43,725 nt of DNA from an uncultured bacterium. GTDB taxonomy: Bacteria > CAIJMQ01. The notes under the pieces were generated by a model. The model was not told where the DNA came from, searched no databases, and was given only the letters and a program-made list of their open reading frames with translations. Made by a program: the position numbers and the translations under genes. The stretch lies in contig CAZNJA010000004.1 of NCBI GenBank assembly GCA_964573245.1, forward strand, positions 1-43,725, given 5' to 3'. This document shows, in pieces, positions 26,141 to 35,467 of this stretch; the first letter of the stretch is position 1; each line of letters starts with the position of its first letter.

Positions 26141-26981
26141 CAATAGAAGGCCCCCCCATTCCAAATTCCCAATATACCTGTGTTTTGGAATTTGTCTGAT
26201 TATTAGTTTTGCTCTCTTTGCTCAAGATTCCACCCCTCAAAAAATAATTTCTCTCGGCCCTGCGATTACCAGACAACTTTCTATTTTGAAAGCAGAAGAT
26301 GATATCGTCGGGGTTACAACGTACTGCGAAATCAAGGGAAAAGAGATAATCGGAACAGTCACGGACGCAAATATTGAAAAAATATTGCTGCTTAAACCCG
26401 ATGTTGTTCTTGCCACCAGATTGACCAACATCAGAACAATACAGAAACTGGAAAATTTGAACGTAAAAGTCGAAATATTCGACGAGGTCAAAAGTTTTAA
26501 GCAGCTGTGCAAACAATTTTTGAGATTGGCGCGGATTGTGGGCAAGGAAAAAATCGCCGGTGAAATCGTTTCGGATGTTAAAGAAAAAGTTCTCGGGATT
26601 TCTCTTAGAAGCGAAAATTTGCCGAGGAAAAAAATTATTGTCCAAATAGGGGCAAATCCGCTTTGGGTAGCTACGAAGGATTCTTTGATAAACGATTTTA
26701 TCGAAATGGCGGGAGGGATAAATGCAGGGCCTGAAGGAGAAACCGGTCTTGTCAGCAGGGAATATATTGTGCGACAAAATCCCGATGTAATAATTATTAT
26801 TGACATGGGCATACCGGCGGAAGAGGAAAAGGCAAATTGGCTGAAACTGGAAAACATCAAGGCTGTTATAGAAAAGAGAATACACATAATTGATTCCTAT
26901 GGCATCTGCAGCCCGACTCCATTAAGTTTTGTTGAAACATTGAAAGAATTGTCGGTAATTCTTCACAGCGAAACGGAATAA
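26133..26981 (+). CDS. btuF: Cobalamin/Fe-siderophore ABC transporter substrate-binding protein (BtuF-like)
   Basis: Signal/TM segment, KIISLGPAIT, IVGVTTYC, NIEKILLLKPDVVL, INDFIEMAGGIN, VSREYI..NPDVII; ATG 26133 overlaps the upstream stop. Confidence 0.8.
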   Translation: MINNRRPPHSKFPIYLCFGICLIISFALFAQDSTPQKIISLGPAITRQLSILKAEDDIVGVTTYCEIKGKEIIGTVTDANIEKILLLKPDVVLATRLTNIRTIQKLENLNVKVEIFDEVKSFKQLCKQFLRLARIVGKEKIAGEIVSDVKEKVLGISLRSENLPRKKIIVQIGANPLWVATKDSLINDFIEMAGGINAGPEGETGLVSREYIVRQNPDVIIIIDMGIPAEEEKANWLKLENIKAVIEKRIHIIDSYGICSPTPLSFVETLKELSVILHSETE

Positions 26982-26986
26982 ATCTT

Positions 26987-28006
26987 ATGTTTAGACAAAA
27001 AGAGAACAAATTGATGAATTGGGCAGTTTGGATTTGTATACTTCTATTCCTTGTTTTAATTATCGCTTCTCTTTCGTTATGCATCGGGTCTGGAGGATTT
27101 TATTTTAAGGAAATACTATCAGCTGTTTCAAAAACAGATTCACCTGAATTCAGTATTCTTTTTGATATAAGACTGCCAAGAATAATTCTTGGGTTTGCTG
27201 TCGGGGGGGCATTATCTTTGGCAGGTGTAATCTTGCAGGGAATTTTCAGAAATCCCTTGGTTGAACCCTATACTCTCGGAATTTCCGGCGGAGCTATCTT
27301 GGGAGTGACTTTGAATATAGTTTTCGGGATAGCAAGGGTTTTCGGAGTGATATCAATGCCGATATCGGGTTTTTTGGGTGCCGGCATTGTGATTATCCTG
27401 TTGTATTTTTTGAGCATCAATAAAAGGATACTTAAAATGCATGAACTTCTTTTGTGCGGGGTGATGATAAGTTTTGTTTGTTCTTCGCTCCTTATGCTTT
27501 TGATGGCTATTTCCAAAACGGAAGATTTGCACGGCATTATATTCTGGATGATGGGTTCTTTGGAACAACCGAACACAAGTTTAATATGGATGACAACTCT
27601 TATATCTGTTGCAGGGTTGGTTGCTTCTTATTTTTTCTGTTTCGACCTGAATGCTTTGCTCCTGGGGGAAGAAGAGGCGATCCATTTGGGAGTGAATGTA
27701 GAAAAAACAAAAAGAGCGCTTTTTATAATAGCCGCTGTTCTTACAGGATTTAGCGTTTCCGTTGCCGGAATAATCGGGTTTGTGGGGCTTTTAGTTCCGC
27801 ATCTTGCACGTATATTTATAGGCAACGATTATCGTATTCTCAATATTTCGGCTTTTCTTTTGGGCGGCGCTTTTCTTGTATTTTCAGACACTTTGGCAAG
27901 AGTTGTGATTGCTCCTTTGGAATTGCCCGTGGGAGTAATCACGGGAATATTGGGAGGAACGTTGTTTATCTACGCAGTCCTTAAAAAAAGACTGATTTTC
28001 GGGTAG
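26987..28006 (+). CDS. btuC: FecCD/BtuC-family ABC permease
   Basis: IRLPRI, LQGIFRNPLVEPYTLGISGGA, LLGEEEAIHLGV, GIIGFVGLLVPHLAR, ELPVGVIT. Confidence 0.88.
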   Translation: MFRQKENKLMNWAVWICILLFLVLIIASLSLCIGSGGFYFKEILSAVSKTDSPEFSILFDIRLPRIILGFAVGGALSLAGVILQGIFRNPLVEPYTLGISGGAILGVTLNIVFGIARVFGVISMPISGFLGAGIVIILLYFLSINKRILKMHELLLCGVMISFVCSSLLMLLMAISKTEDLHGIIFWMMGSLEQPNTSLIWMTTLISVAGLVASYFFCFDLNALLLGEEEAIHLGVNVEKTKRALFIIAAVLTGFSVSVAGIIGFVGLLVPHLARIFIGNDYRILNISAFLLGGAFLVFSDTLARVVIAPLELPVGVITGILGGTLFIYAVLKKRLIFG

Positions 28007-28012
28007 AGAAAA

Positions 28013-28813
28013 ATGTTAGAAGTAAAAAATCTTACTTGCGGATATGCTTCGGGATTTGCTCTTGAGGATATAAATTTCCGACTAAATGAAAAAGAATTTT
28101 TGGGAATTGTAGGCCCTAACGGTTCCGGAAAAACCACGTTTATCAGAGCGATTACAAAACTTTTACCGATTCGAAAAGGAGAAATTGTTCTCGATGGGAC
28201 GAATATCGACAAAATGAGCTTGAAGGAAATTGCCAGAAAGATAGCCGTCGTTCCGCAAAGCTTTAATATGGAATTCGATATAAGTGTCGAAGAATTCATT
28301 TTCCTTGGTAGGATTCCGCATAAGGGCGCTTTTCAGTTTGTTGAGGACAAAAAAGACATAGAAATGGTTACAAACGCGATGGAGTTGACAGAAATATTGG
28401 AACTGAAAGATAGAACGGTCAACAGCCTTAGCGGAGGGGAGATTCAACGCGTTGCGATAGCGCGCGCTTTGGTTCAAGAACCGCAGCTTCTCTTATTAGA
28501 CGAGCCCACCTCCCATTTGGATATAGGGCATCAAATTAAAATTTTAGATTTATTGAGCAATTTGAACAAAGAAAAAATGTTGACAATTATTTCTATTTTT
28601 CACGACCTTAATCTTGCGAGCGAATATTGCAACAAGTTACTGCTTTTAAAGGAAGGCAGGACTTATTCTGTAGGCAAACCCGAAGAAGTATTAACCTACC
28701 AAAACTTAGAACAAGTATACAGAACACCGGTTTTAGTCCAAAAAAACACTGTGTCTGGCAAACCCTATGTGTTAGTTGTCCCTCATCCCGAGGAATATTC
28801 CTGCCGATTTTAA
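28013..28813 (+). CDS. btuD: ABC ATPase (BtuD/FepC-like)
   Basis: GPNGSGKTT, LSGGEIQRV, LLLDEPTSHLD, HDLNLA. Confidence 0.85.
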   Translation: MLEVKNLTCGYASGFALEDINFRLNEKEFLGIVGPNGSGKTTFIRAITKLLPIRKGEIVLDGTNIDKMSLKEIARKIAVVPQSFNMEFDISVEEFIFLGRIPHKGAFQFVEDKKDIEMVTNAMELTEILELKDRTVNSLSGGEIQRVAIARALVQEPQLLLLDEPTSHLDIGHQIKILDLLSNLNKEKMLTIISIFHDLNLASEYCNKLLLLKEGRTYSVGKPEEVLTYQNLEQVYRTPVLVQKNTVSGKPYVLVVPHPEEYSCRF

Positions 28814-28926
28814 GCGGAGAAAATAATTTCCCCATTCTGTTGAGTTCTTAACCTATTTTGTATCTGTATATTGTGTTAATCACTTCCAAAATCCTTTTTA
28901 CCTAAGGTAATAAAAAATGTTTACAC

Positions 28927-28980
28927 TTGACAGATTAAAGAGATATTCTATAATTGTGGTGTGGAGTGGGGAAAAGTGGG
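28927..28980 (+). promoter_or_regulatory. dcw promoter with MraZ operator repeats
   Basis: TTGACA(28927-32)-16 nt-TATAAT(28949-54); GTGG boxes at 28956, 28966 and 28976 (10-bp period), plus 28961. Confidence 0.8.
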
Positions 28981-29431
28981 TAATAATGCTAAAAGACTTT
29001 ATGGGGAATACTGGCATACTCTTGACGAGAAGAATCGTCTTTTTATTCCTGCCAAACTTAGAAAAGCTTTTAAAAAAGGGGAAAAGCTTGTTCTATCAAG
29101 AGGGTTGGATGGCTGCCTTTTCCTTTTCCCTCAAGACGAATGGGAAAAGTTAGAAGACAAAGCCAAATCCTTACCTATTACTGCCCGGGATGCTCGCGCA
29201 TTTACACGCCACCTATTTTCTGGCGCTTCCTTATCCGTTGTGGATTCTCAAGGGAGAATTCCCTTTCCCCCTTCACTGAAGGAATATGCTCGAATCGTTA
29301 AAGAAGTAGTGATTATCGGAGTTTCCAGCAGAATAGAAATATGGGCGAAGCAAAGATGGGAAAATTATTCTAAAAATGCGGAAAATAAAGTCGAGGACAT
29401 CGCCGATAAGTTGGACGAATTCCGAATTTAA
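28961..29431 (+). CDS. mraZ: Transcriptional regulator MraZ (start uncertain: GTG 28961 or GTG 28976)
   Basis: YGEY.HTLDEKNRLFIPAKLR, RGLDGCL.LFP, DSQGRI, IIGVSSRIEIW. Confidence 0.95.
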   Translation: MEWGKVGNNAKRLYGEYWHTLDEKNRLFIPAKLRKAFKKGEKLVLSRGLDGCLFLFPQDEWEKLEDKAKSLPITARDARAFTRHLFSGASLSVVDSQGRIPFPPSLKEYARIVKEVVIIGVSSRIEIWAKQRWENYSKNAENKVEDIADKLDEFRI

Positions 29432-29470
29432 ATTATGGCTGTTCGGTTGTAGGTTTAGGTTATTTTGAAA

Positions 29471-30415
29471 ATGAACAAATTATTAATAAAGACCGAAAAG
29501 GAAAAACCGAGAACCGAGAGAATAGTTCATATCCCTGTCCTTCTTAAAGAAGTTTTACAATATTTGAATTTAAAGGAGGGCGGAATTTACATAGATTGCA
29601 CGGTGGGCGAAGGCGGACATTCCGAACAGATTCTTAAAAACATTGGAAAAAAAGGTTTTCTTGTTGGGTTGGATAAGGACGGCGAATTATTAGATGTAGC
29701 CGAAAAAAGACTTGCTAAAATAAGCAGAAATTTTGCGTTGTTCAATGATGATTTTTTAAACCTCTCTTTTTGCCTTGAAACATTGAAAATTAAAAAAGCA
29801 AACGGCATTTTGTTTGACTTCGGAATATCTTCTTTTCAACTCGAAAATTCTTCAAGGGGCTTTTCTTTTAAAAACAACGGCCCGTTGGATATGAGATTTG
29901 ACATATCATCTTTACTGACTTGCGAACGATTGGTAAACGAAGCCAATTATGAGGAACTTGTTGAAATTTTGAAAAACTTCGGAGAAGAGAGACGCGCATC
30001 ATTAATAGCCAAAAGAATAATTCAAAAACGCAGGGAAAAAAGAATAAAAACAACTTTTGAATTGGCTGAAATAGCCAGCAAAGCACTCGGCAAGGGCAAA
30101 GGCAAAATAGACCCTGCCACAAGAACGTTCCAAGCGTTCAGAATAGCAGTAAATAAAGAAATAAACTCAATAGAAAAAATATTACCTAAAATTCCCGATT
30201 TACTCGCGGATAAAGGCAGAGTTTGTGCGATATCTTATCACTCCCTGGAAGACAGATTAGTTAAAAGAGCTTTTAAGGCGGAAAAAGAAAAAGGGACATT
30301 GCAAATTATCACAAAAAAACCCATTCGAACTACATACGATGAAATTATGAAAAACTCCCGCTCGCGCTCTGCTAAATTGCGCGCGGCAGAAAAAATAGGA
30401 TTTATACAGGATTAA
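29471..30415 (+). CDS. rsmH: 16S rRNA m4C1402 methyltransferase
   Basis: HIPVLLKEV, DCTVGEGGHS, DFGISSFQL, RGFSF...PLDMR, ATRTFQAFRIAVN, ISYHSLEDR, RSRSAKLR. Confidence 0.97.
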   Translation: MNKLLIKTEKEKPRTERIVHIPVLLKEVLQYLNLKEGGIYIDCTVGEGGHSEQILKNIGKKGFLVGLDKDGELLDVAEKRLAKISRNFALFNDDFLNLSFCLETLKIKKANGILFDFGISSFQLENSSRGFSFKNNGPLDMRFDISSLLTCERLVNEANYEELVEILKNFGEERRASLIAKRIIQKRREKRIKTTFELAEIASKALGKGKGKIDPATRTFQAFRIAVNKEINSIEKILPKIPDLLADKGRVCAISYHSLEDRLVKRAFKAEKEKGTLQIITKKPIRTTYDEIMKNSRSRSAKLRAAEKIGFIQD

Positions 30416-30418
30416 AAA

Positions 30419-30721
30419 ATGAGAAAGATAACAAAGGGACGAGAAAATATTAAAACAAACAGCAAAACCTTTTTTGCGATTTTCTTTGTTTTAATAGCTG
30501 CCCTGTTTATTGTTCATTTGCGTGTGCTTATAAATAATTTGCAATACGAAATTTCCGGGAAAAATAAAACGGAAAAAGAATTATTAAAGGAAAGAGAAAT
30601 TTTAAAGGAAAAATTGGAATTTTTAAAATCGCCTTCAAGAATAGAAAAAGAGGCCATACGTAACGGCATGACTTTCCCAAAAGAATGGCAGATTAAGACA
30701 ATTATAGTTAAGAAAAAATGA
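30419..30721 (+). CDS. ftsL: Cell division protein FtsL-like
   Basis: Single TM helix, coiled coil and LKSPSRIEKEA...GM..P; located between rsmH and the PBP gene. Confidence 0.75.
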   Translation: MRKITKGRENIKTNSKTFFAIFFVLIAALFIVHLRVLINNLQYEISGKNKTEKELLKEREILKEKLEFLKSPSRIEKEAIRNGMTFPKEWQIKTIIVKKK

Positions 30722-32412
30722 TTATAAAAAGAAAACTTTATTTCGTTATTATCTTTCTTATATGTATGCTCTTTTCGCTTGTTTTAAGGTTGGTGACTTT
30801 ACAGATAGTTAATGGCAATGATTTCGTCATGGATGCGGAAAACCTACACAACACAACCATTGAAATACAAGCCGAGAGAGGAAGAATTTTCGATAGGAAT
30901 GGCAATCCCCTAGCGTTGAATGTTCCTTCCTACGAAATTTTTTGGAGGAGAATTTCCGATTCTATTGATAAAGAGAAATTAAAAGAACTTTTCACACTTG
31001 CCGGGCAAGATTGGGCAAGTGTAGAGAAAAAAATTGATAGTGGAGCAAATTTCATATATTTGGACCGTTTCGCTGATGAAAGCTTTCTAGCCCTAATAAA
31101 GAAAAATATAACAAAGGGTATAGAATGGAAAGAGCATAAAAACAGAATTTATCCCTGCGGAGAGTTAGCTGCTAATGTTATAGGGTTTGTTGGGACAGAC
31201 CAAGGATTAGAAGGCATTGAAAGAGATTACGAAGATTACCTCAAGGGGAAATCCGGATTTAAATTGGCGCAAAGAGACGCAAAAGGAAATGTTCTCTATA
31301 CTTTAGACGGCAAAGTATCCGCTCTTAAGCCAGGTTGTGATATTTATCTTACAATAGACAGGATTATCCAGCATATTGCGGAAAAAGAAATTAGTAAAAT
31401 ACAACAAAAGTTTAACCCTGCATCGGTTGTTGCTATAGTTTTGGAGCCAAGGACAGGGAAAATTCTTGCGTTGGCAAATTATCCTTCTTATGACCCGAAC
31501 AGATTTAAAGAATTTTCTACGTCTGATTTTAGAAATAGAGCCATAACCGACCTTTACGAGCCAGGCTCCACATTTAAAATATTTACCGCTTCCGCTGCTT
31601 TGGAGGAGAAAATAGTTACTCCCAACGACCAAATATTTTGCGAGAATGGCAGTTACGAACTAGCCGGACATACTATTCACGATGTGCATCCCTATGGATG
31701 GCTAACTTTTAAAGAAGCGCTGTTATATTCCTCAAATATAGCTTTTACCAAGGTTGGCCAGAAAATTGGCGAAAAAGAATTATACCGATATCTCAAGAAA
31801 TTCGGTTTTGGAGAAGAAACGCAAATAGAACTGGGAGGGGAAGCCAGCGGGTTATTGCGCAATGTGAATCAATGGTCGAAGTTGTCCATAGGCGCTATTC
31901 CTTATGGACAAGAAATAGGCACTACTCCATTACAGATAGCCTCGGCGGCGGCCGCGGTAGCTAACGACGGAGTGCTTTTAAAACCGTTTTTGATTAATGA
32001 AATTGTCAACGACAAAGGTGTAGTCGTTAAGAAAAATTTCCCAACTGTGAAAAGAAAGGTGATTTCCAATCATTCTGCAAAGCTTTTAACAAGTCTGCTT
32101 GTTGATGTTGTAGAAAACGGAACTGGGAAAGCGGCGGCCATAAATGGCTACAGCATAGCCGGAAAAACAGGGACATCCCAAAAATATATTCCAGGGAAGG
32201 GATATTCTCAAACAAAATTTGTGTCTTCCTTTGTCGGGTATGCTCCGGCCAATAATCCTCAAGTGCTGGTTTTATTAGTGATAGATGAACCGCAAGGCGC
32301 CTATTATGGCGGACAAGTAGCTGCTCCTTCCTTCAAAAATATAATGAAAAAAACCTTAAGATATTTAGAAATTCCGCCTGACAAAATGCGTTTAGAAATA
32401 GCAGGCCTGTAA
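30718..32412 (+). CDS. ftsI: Class B penicillin-binding protein (FtsI/PBP3)
   Basis: RGRIFDRNG, R.YP.G, G.EG.E, EPGSTFK (SxxK), SSN (SxN), GKTGT (KTG). Confidence 0.93.
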   Translation: MIIKRKLYFVIIFLICMLFSLVLRLVTLQIVNGNDFVMDAENLHNTTIEIQAERGRIFDRNGNPLALNVPSYEIFWRRISDSIDKEKLKELFTLAGQDWASVEKKIDSGANFIYLDRFADESFLALIKKNITKGIEWKEHKNRIYPCGELAANVIGFVGTDQGLEGIERDYEDYLKGKSGFKLAQRDAKGNVLYTLDGKVSALKPGCDIYLTIDRIIQHIAEKEISKIQQKFNPASVVAIVLEPRTGKILALANYPSYDPNRFKEFSTSDFRNRAITDLYEPGSTFKIFTASAALEEKIVTPNDQIFCENGSYELAGHTIHDVHPYGWLTFKEALLYSSNIAFTKVGQKIGEKELYRYLKKFGFGEETQIELGGEASGLLRNVNQWSKLSIGAIPYGQEIGTTPLQIASAAAAVANDGVLLKPFLINEIVNDKGVVVKKNFPTVKRKVISNHSAKLLTSLLVDVVENGTGKAAAINGYSIAGKTGTSQKYIPGKGYSQTKFVSSFVGYAPANNPQVLVLLVIDEPQGAYYGGQVAAPSFKNIMKKTLRYLEIPPDKMRLEIAGL

Positions 32413-32502
32413 TCGATTTATGGAAATGACACCCCGGCATTTGCTTAGGACTTTATTTACCCCTTTCATTATCATTCCTAAGTGGAATTGAAGGTTGGAT
32501 TT

Positions 32503-34008
32503 ATGCAACTCAGACAACTTCTAAAAGATATACCTGTCGAAAGAATAGTAGGCAATAATGATATTATCATCAAAGGAATAGCCGCCCATTCGGCGGAAGC
32601 AAAACAAGGATATCTATTTGTGGCTTTAAGAGGTAAATCTCATGATGGCCATGATTTTGTGGCGGAGGTCATCAAAAAAGGTGCTGCTGCAGTCGTGATA
32701 GACGAAAAATTCGCATCTCCCGTCAATGGCACAACCTATATTTACGTTCGGGATACACAGGAAGTTCTTGCCAAAATAGCAAATAATTTTTATGACAATC
32801 CCACACAGGATATAAAAATCATAGGGATTACCGGCACCAACGGGAAAACCACGACTTCCTATCTTATAGATGTTATCCTACAATCGCAGGGTCTGGTTAC
32901 AGGAAGAATAGGGACAATAAATTATTGTTGGGGAGCGAGAGTCATTCCGTCTTCTCACACCACTCCTCCTCCTATTTTCCTAAGCGAGATCTTCAACAAA
33001 ATGCGCGCTGACCAAGTAAAGGCAGTAGTTATGGAAGTGTCTTCTCACTCTCTTGCGCAAAAGCGAGTGTATGCAATTCAATTTGATTCGTGCATTTTTA
33101 CCAATATTGAAAGAGACCATCTTGATTATCACCCCACTATTTCAGATTATATTTCGTCTAAAGCCCGATTGATACAATTGCTTCATTCAAGCAACAAACA
33201 AAATAAATTTTTGATTGCAAACGGCGATGACAAGGTCTTGAAGAGTTTTCCGCTTTCAAATTTACCGTGTGTTTTTTACGGTTTAAACGAAACGAATAAC
33301 GTTTACGCCTCGGGGGTAGAGTTTGATTGGAACGGCACAACATTTACTCTGAATTCACCCTGGCATAAAGGCAGGATAAGGATTCCCTTAGTTGGTGATT
33401 TCAATATCTACAATATTCTTGCCGCAATATCTTGGGCTGGTATGGATGGGTTAAATGTTGCTGAAGTTGTTGAACATCTTAAAGATATAAAGCAAGTGCC
33501 GGGTCGTTTTCAGGTATTCAAAAATAATGGCATGACAGCAATCGTGGATTATGCCCATACTCCCGATGCGCTAGAAAAAGTAATTAAAACCGCCAAGAAA
33601 CTCGCAAAAGGGAAAGTAATAACTATATTTGGATGCGGAGGAGATAGGGATAAGGGCAAAAGACCCATTATGGGAGAGATTTCATCGAAGGAATCGGATT
33701 ATACGATCCTAACTTCCGATAATCCCCGCTCTGAAGACCCATTGGGAATAATTGAAGACATAAAAAAAGGGCTTGCAGGGGAGAATTGGGAAATAGAAAT
33801 TGATAGAGCAAAAGCTATCCAGCAGGGAATTAATATGTTAAATAAAGACGATGTTTTGCTGATAGCAGGGAAAGGGCACGAAAACTATCAGGTTTTGAAA
33901 GATACCGTTATCCCTTTCAGTGATATAGAGATTATAAAGAAGCGTTTGTTTTATACACGCGACAACAAAGAAAATTATAATGGATCTCAAGATTGCAGAA
34001 ATTCTTAA
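32503..34008 (+). CDS. murE: UDP-MurNAc-tripeptide synthetase (meso-DAP type)
   Basis: GITGTNGKTT, MEVSSH, DHLDYH, VDYAHTPDA, FGCGGDRD..KRPIMG, SDNPR, AGKGHE. Confidence 0.97.
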   Translation: MQLRQLLKDIPVERIVGNNDIIIKGIAAHSAEAKQGYLFVALRGKSHDGHDFVAEVIKKGAAAVVIDEKFASPVNGTTYIYVRDTQEVLAKIANNFYDNPTQDIKIIGITGTNGKTTTSYLIDVILQSQGLVTGRIGTINYCWGARVIPSSHTTPPPIFLSEIFNKMRADQVKAVVMEVSSHSLAQKRVYAIQFDSCIFTNIERDHLDYHPTISDYISSKARLIQLLHSSNKQNKFLIANGDDKVLKSFPLSNLPCVFYGLNETNNVYASGVEFDWNGTTFTLNSPWHKGRIRIPLVGDFNIYNILAAISWAGMDGLNVAEVVEHLKDIKQVPGRFQVFKNNGMTAIVDYAHTPDALEKVIKTAKKLAKGKVITIFGCGGDRDKGKRPIMGEISSKESDYTILTSDNPRSEDPLGIIEDIKKGLAGENWEIEIDRAKAIQQGINMLNKDDVLLIAGKGHENYQVLKDTVIPFSDIEIIKKRLFYTRDNKENYNGSQDCRNS

Positions 34009-35383
34009 AATAACAAGAGCCGGAACGCTCCTGCAAGGATGTAAGCAGGAATTTCTCAATAGGAATGTTGTTGGCATATCTACAGACTCAAGAAAGTTAA
34101 AAAGGGGCGAACTATTTATTGCTTTAAGAGGCGACAAATTTAACGGAAACGACTTTGTTTCAAAAGCTCTTCAAAAAGGCGCTGTCGGAGCTATTGTGTC
34201 TGGAATAAATTCACAATTCCCACTTCCTGGTTCCCAAAAACCAAGAACTAATAACCAATTCATAATTCAGGTTCCTGATACCCTCAAAACTCTGGGAGAC
34301 ATCGCAAAATATTACAGGAGTAAATTCAAAATACCTTTAATTGCCATAACCGGCAGTTGCGGCAAAACAACTACAAAAGAAATAATATTCGCGTTACTCT
34401 CATCAAAATTCAAAGTTTTAAAAACAAAGGCAAACTATAATAACCTTATAGGTTTACCGCTTACTTTATTTGATATTGATGATAAATACGATGTTGCAGT
34501 GCTCGAAATGGGAATGTCTAGGGCCGGGGAAATTAAAAGATTGGCAGAGATAGCACAAGCGAACACTGTGGTTATAACAAATGTCGCAAAAGCACATAAA
34601 GAATTTTTCCGTTCGTTGAAAGATATCGCGGAAGCAAAATCCGAAATCTTCAAAATATCTCCACAACCGAAAATTTCCATATTGAATCGAGATGATAAAT
34701 TCTTCTCTCGTTTTGCATCCAAAACAAAGGGAGAAATAATTACTTTTGGGATAGACAGGAAAAGCGATTTTCGCGCGGAAGAAATAACTTTTGATTCTTT
34801 TGGAAGGCCATCCTTTTATCTAAACGGGAAAATGAAAATAAAAACGCCTTTTCTTGGACGGGGAAACATATACAATATCCTCGCCTCTTTTGCCGTTGCA
34901 TTTTCCTTGGGAACAGACATAAAAGAATCCATTTCTGCTTTGTCCGAAATAGAATTACTTCCGGGTAGGGCAAACTTTTACAAAGCAAAAGATATATATA
35001 TTCTTGACGACACTTATAATGCAAACCCGTTATCTTTTGCTAATTTAATCCGGCTCATCGATGAAATAAAAATTGAAGGGAAAAAAGTTCTTGTGTTGGG
35101 AGATATGTTGGAGTTGGGGAAAGACTCAAAAGAGGAACACATCAAAGCTGGGAAATTGATTTCCGATTCATCAGTTGATATCCTGATAACCATCGGACAA
35201 AAAACCAAATTTACGGCTGAAACCATATCAAAAGATAAAAAAGCATGGCATTTTAACGATAAAAATAAGGCAAAGAAAAAACTTGAAATTTTGGCGAATA
35301 AAGGAGATTTACTCGCGATTAAAGGTTCCAGAGCTTTAGAAATGGAAAAAATGATTACAGCGATTAAAGGAGGATTACAGTGA
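33980..35383 (+). CDS. murF: UDP-MurNAc-pentapeptide synthetase
   Basis: STDSR, ITGSCGKTTTKE, NYNNLIGLP, LEMGMS, DDTYNANP, LGDMLELG, KGSR. Confidence 0.96.
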   Translation: MDLKIAEILKITRAGTLLQGCKQEFLNRNVVGISTDSRKLKRGELFIALRGDKFNGNDFVSKALQKGAVGAIVSGINSQFPLPGSQKPRTNNQFIIQVPDTLKTLGDIAKYYRSKFKIPLIAITGSCGKTTTKEIIFALLSSKFKVLKTKANYNNLIGLPLTLFDIDDKYDVAVLEMGMSRAGEIKRLAEIAQANTVVITNVAKAHKEFFRSLKDIAEAKSEIFKISPQPKISILNRDDKFFSRFASKTKGEIITFGIDRKSDFRAEEITFDSFGRPSFYLNGKMKIKTPFLGRGNIYNILASFAVAFSLGTDIKESISALSEIELLPGRANFYKAKDIYILDDTYNANPLSFANLIRLIDEIKIEGKKVLVLGDMLELGKDSKEEHIKAGKLISDSSVDILITIGQKTKFTAETISKDKKAWHFNDKNKAKKKLEILANKGDLLAIKGSRALEMEKMITAIKGGLQ

Positions 35384-35467
35384 TTGTTATAAATAATCTC
35401 TATAATAATCACATGAAGTTGTTGTAATCTTTGCGGAAATTTTATCTTATATAGTGGAGGGATTAAA

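Noticed and set aside
26151-26157. C7 homopolymer near the btuF 5' end as a phase-variation tract
   Set aside because: Short tract with the frame intact; no supporting evidence without reads.
26091-26887. Long antisense ORFs (264 aa and 216 aa)
   Set aside because: Shadow ORFs opposite a well-supported btuF-like gene, with no motifs.
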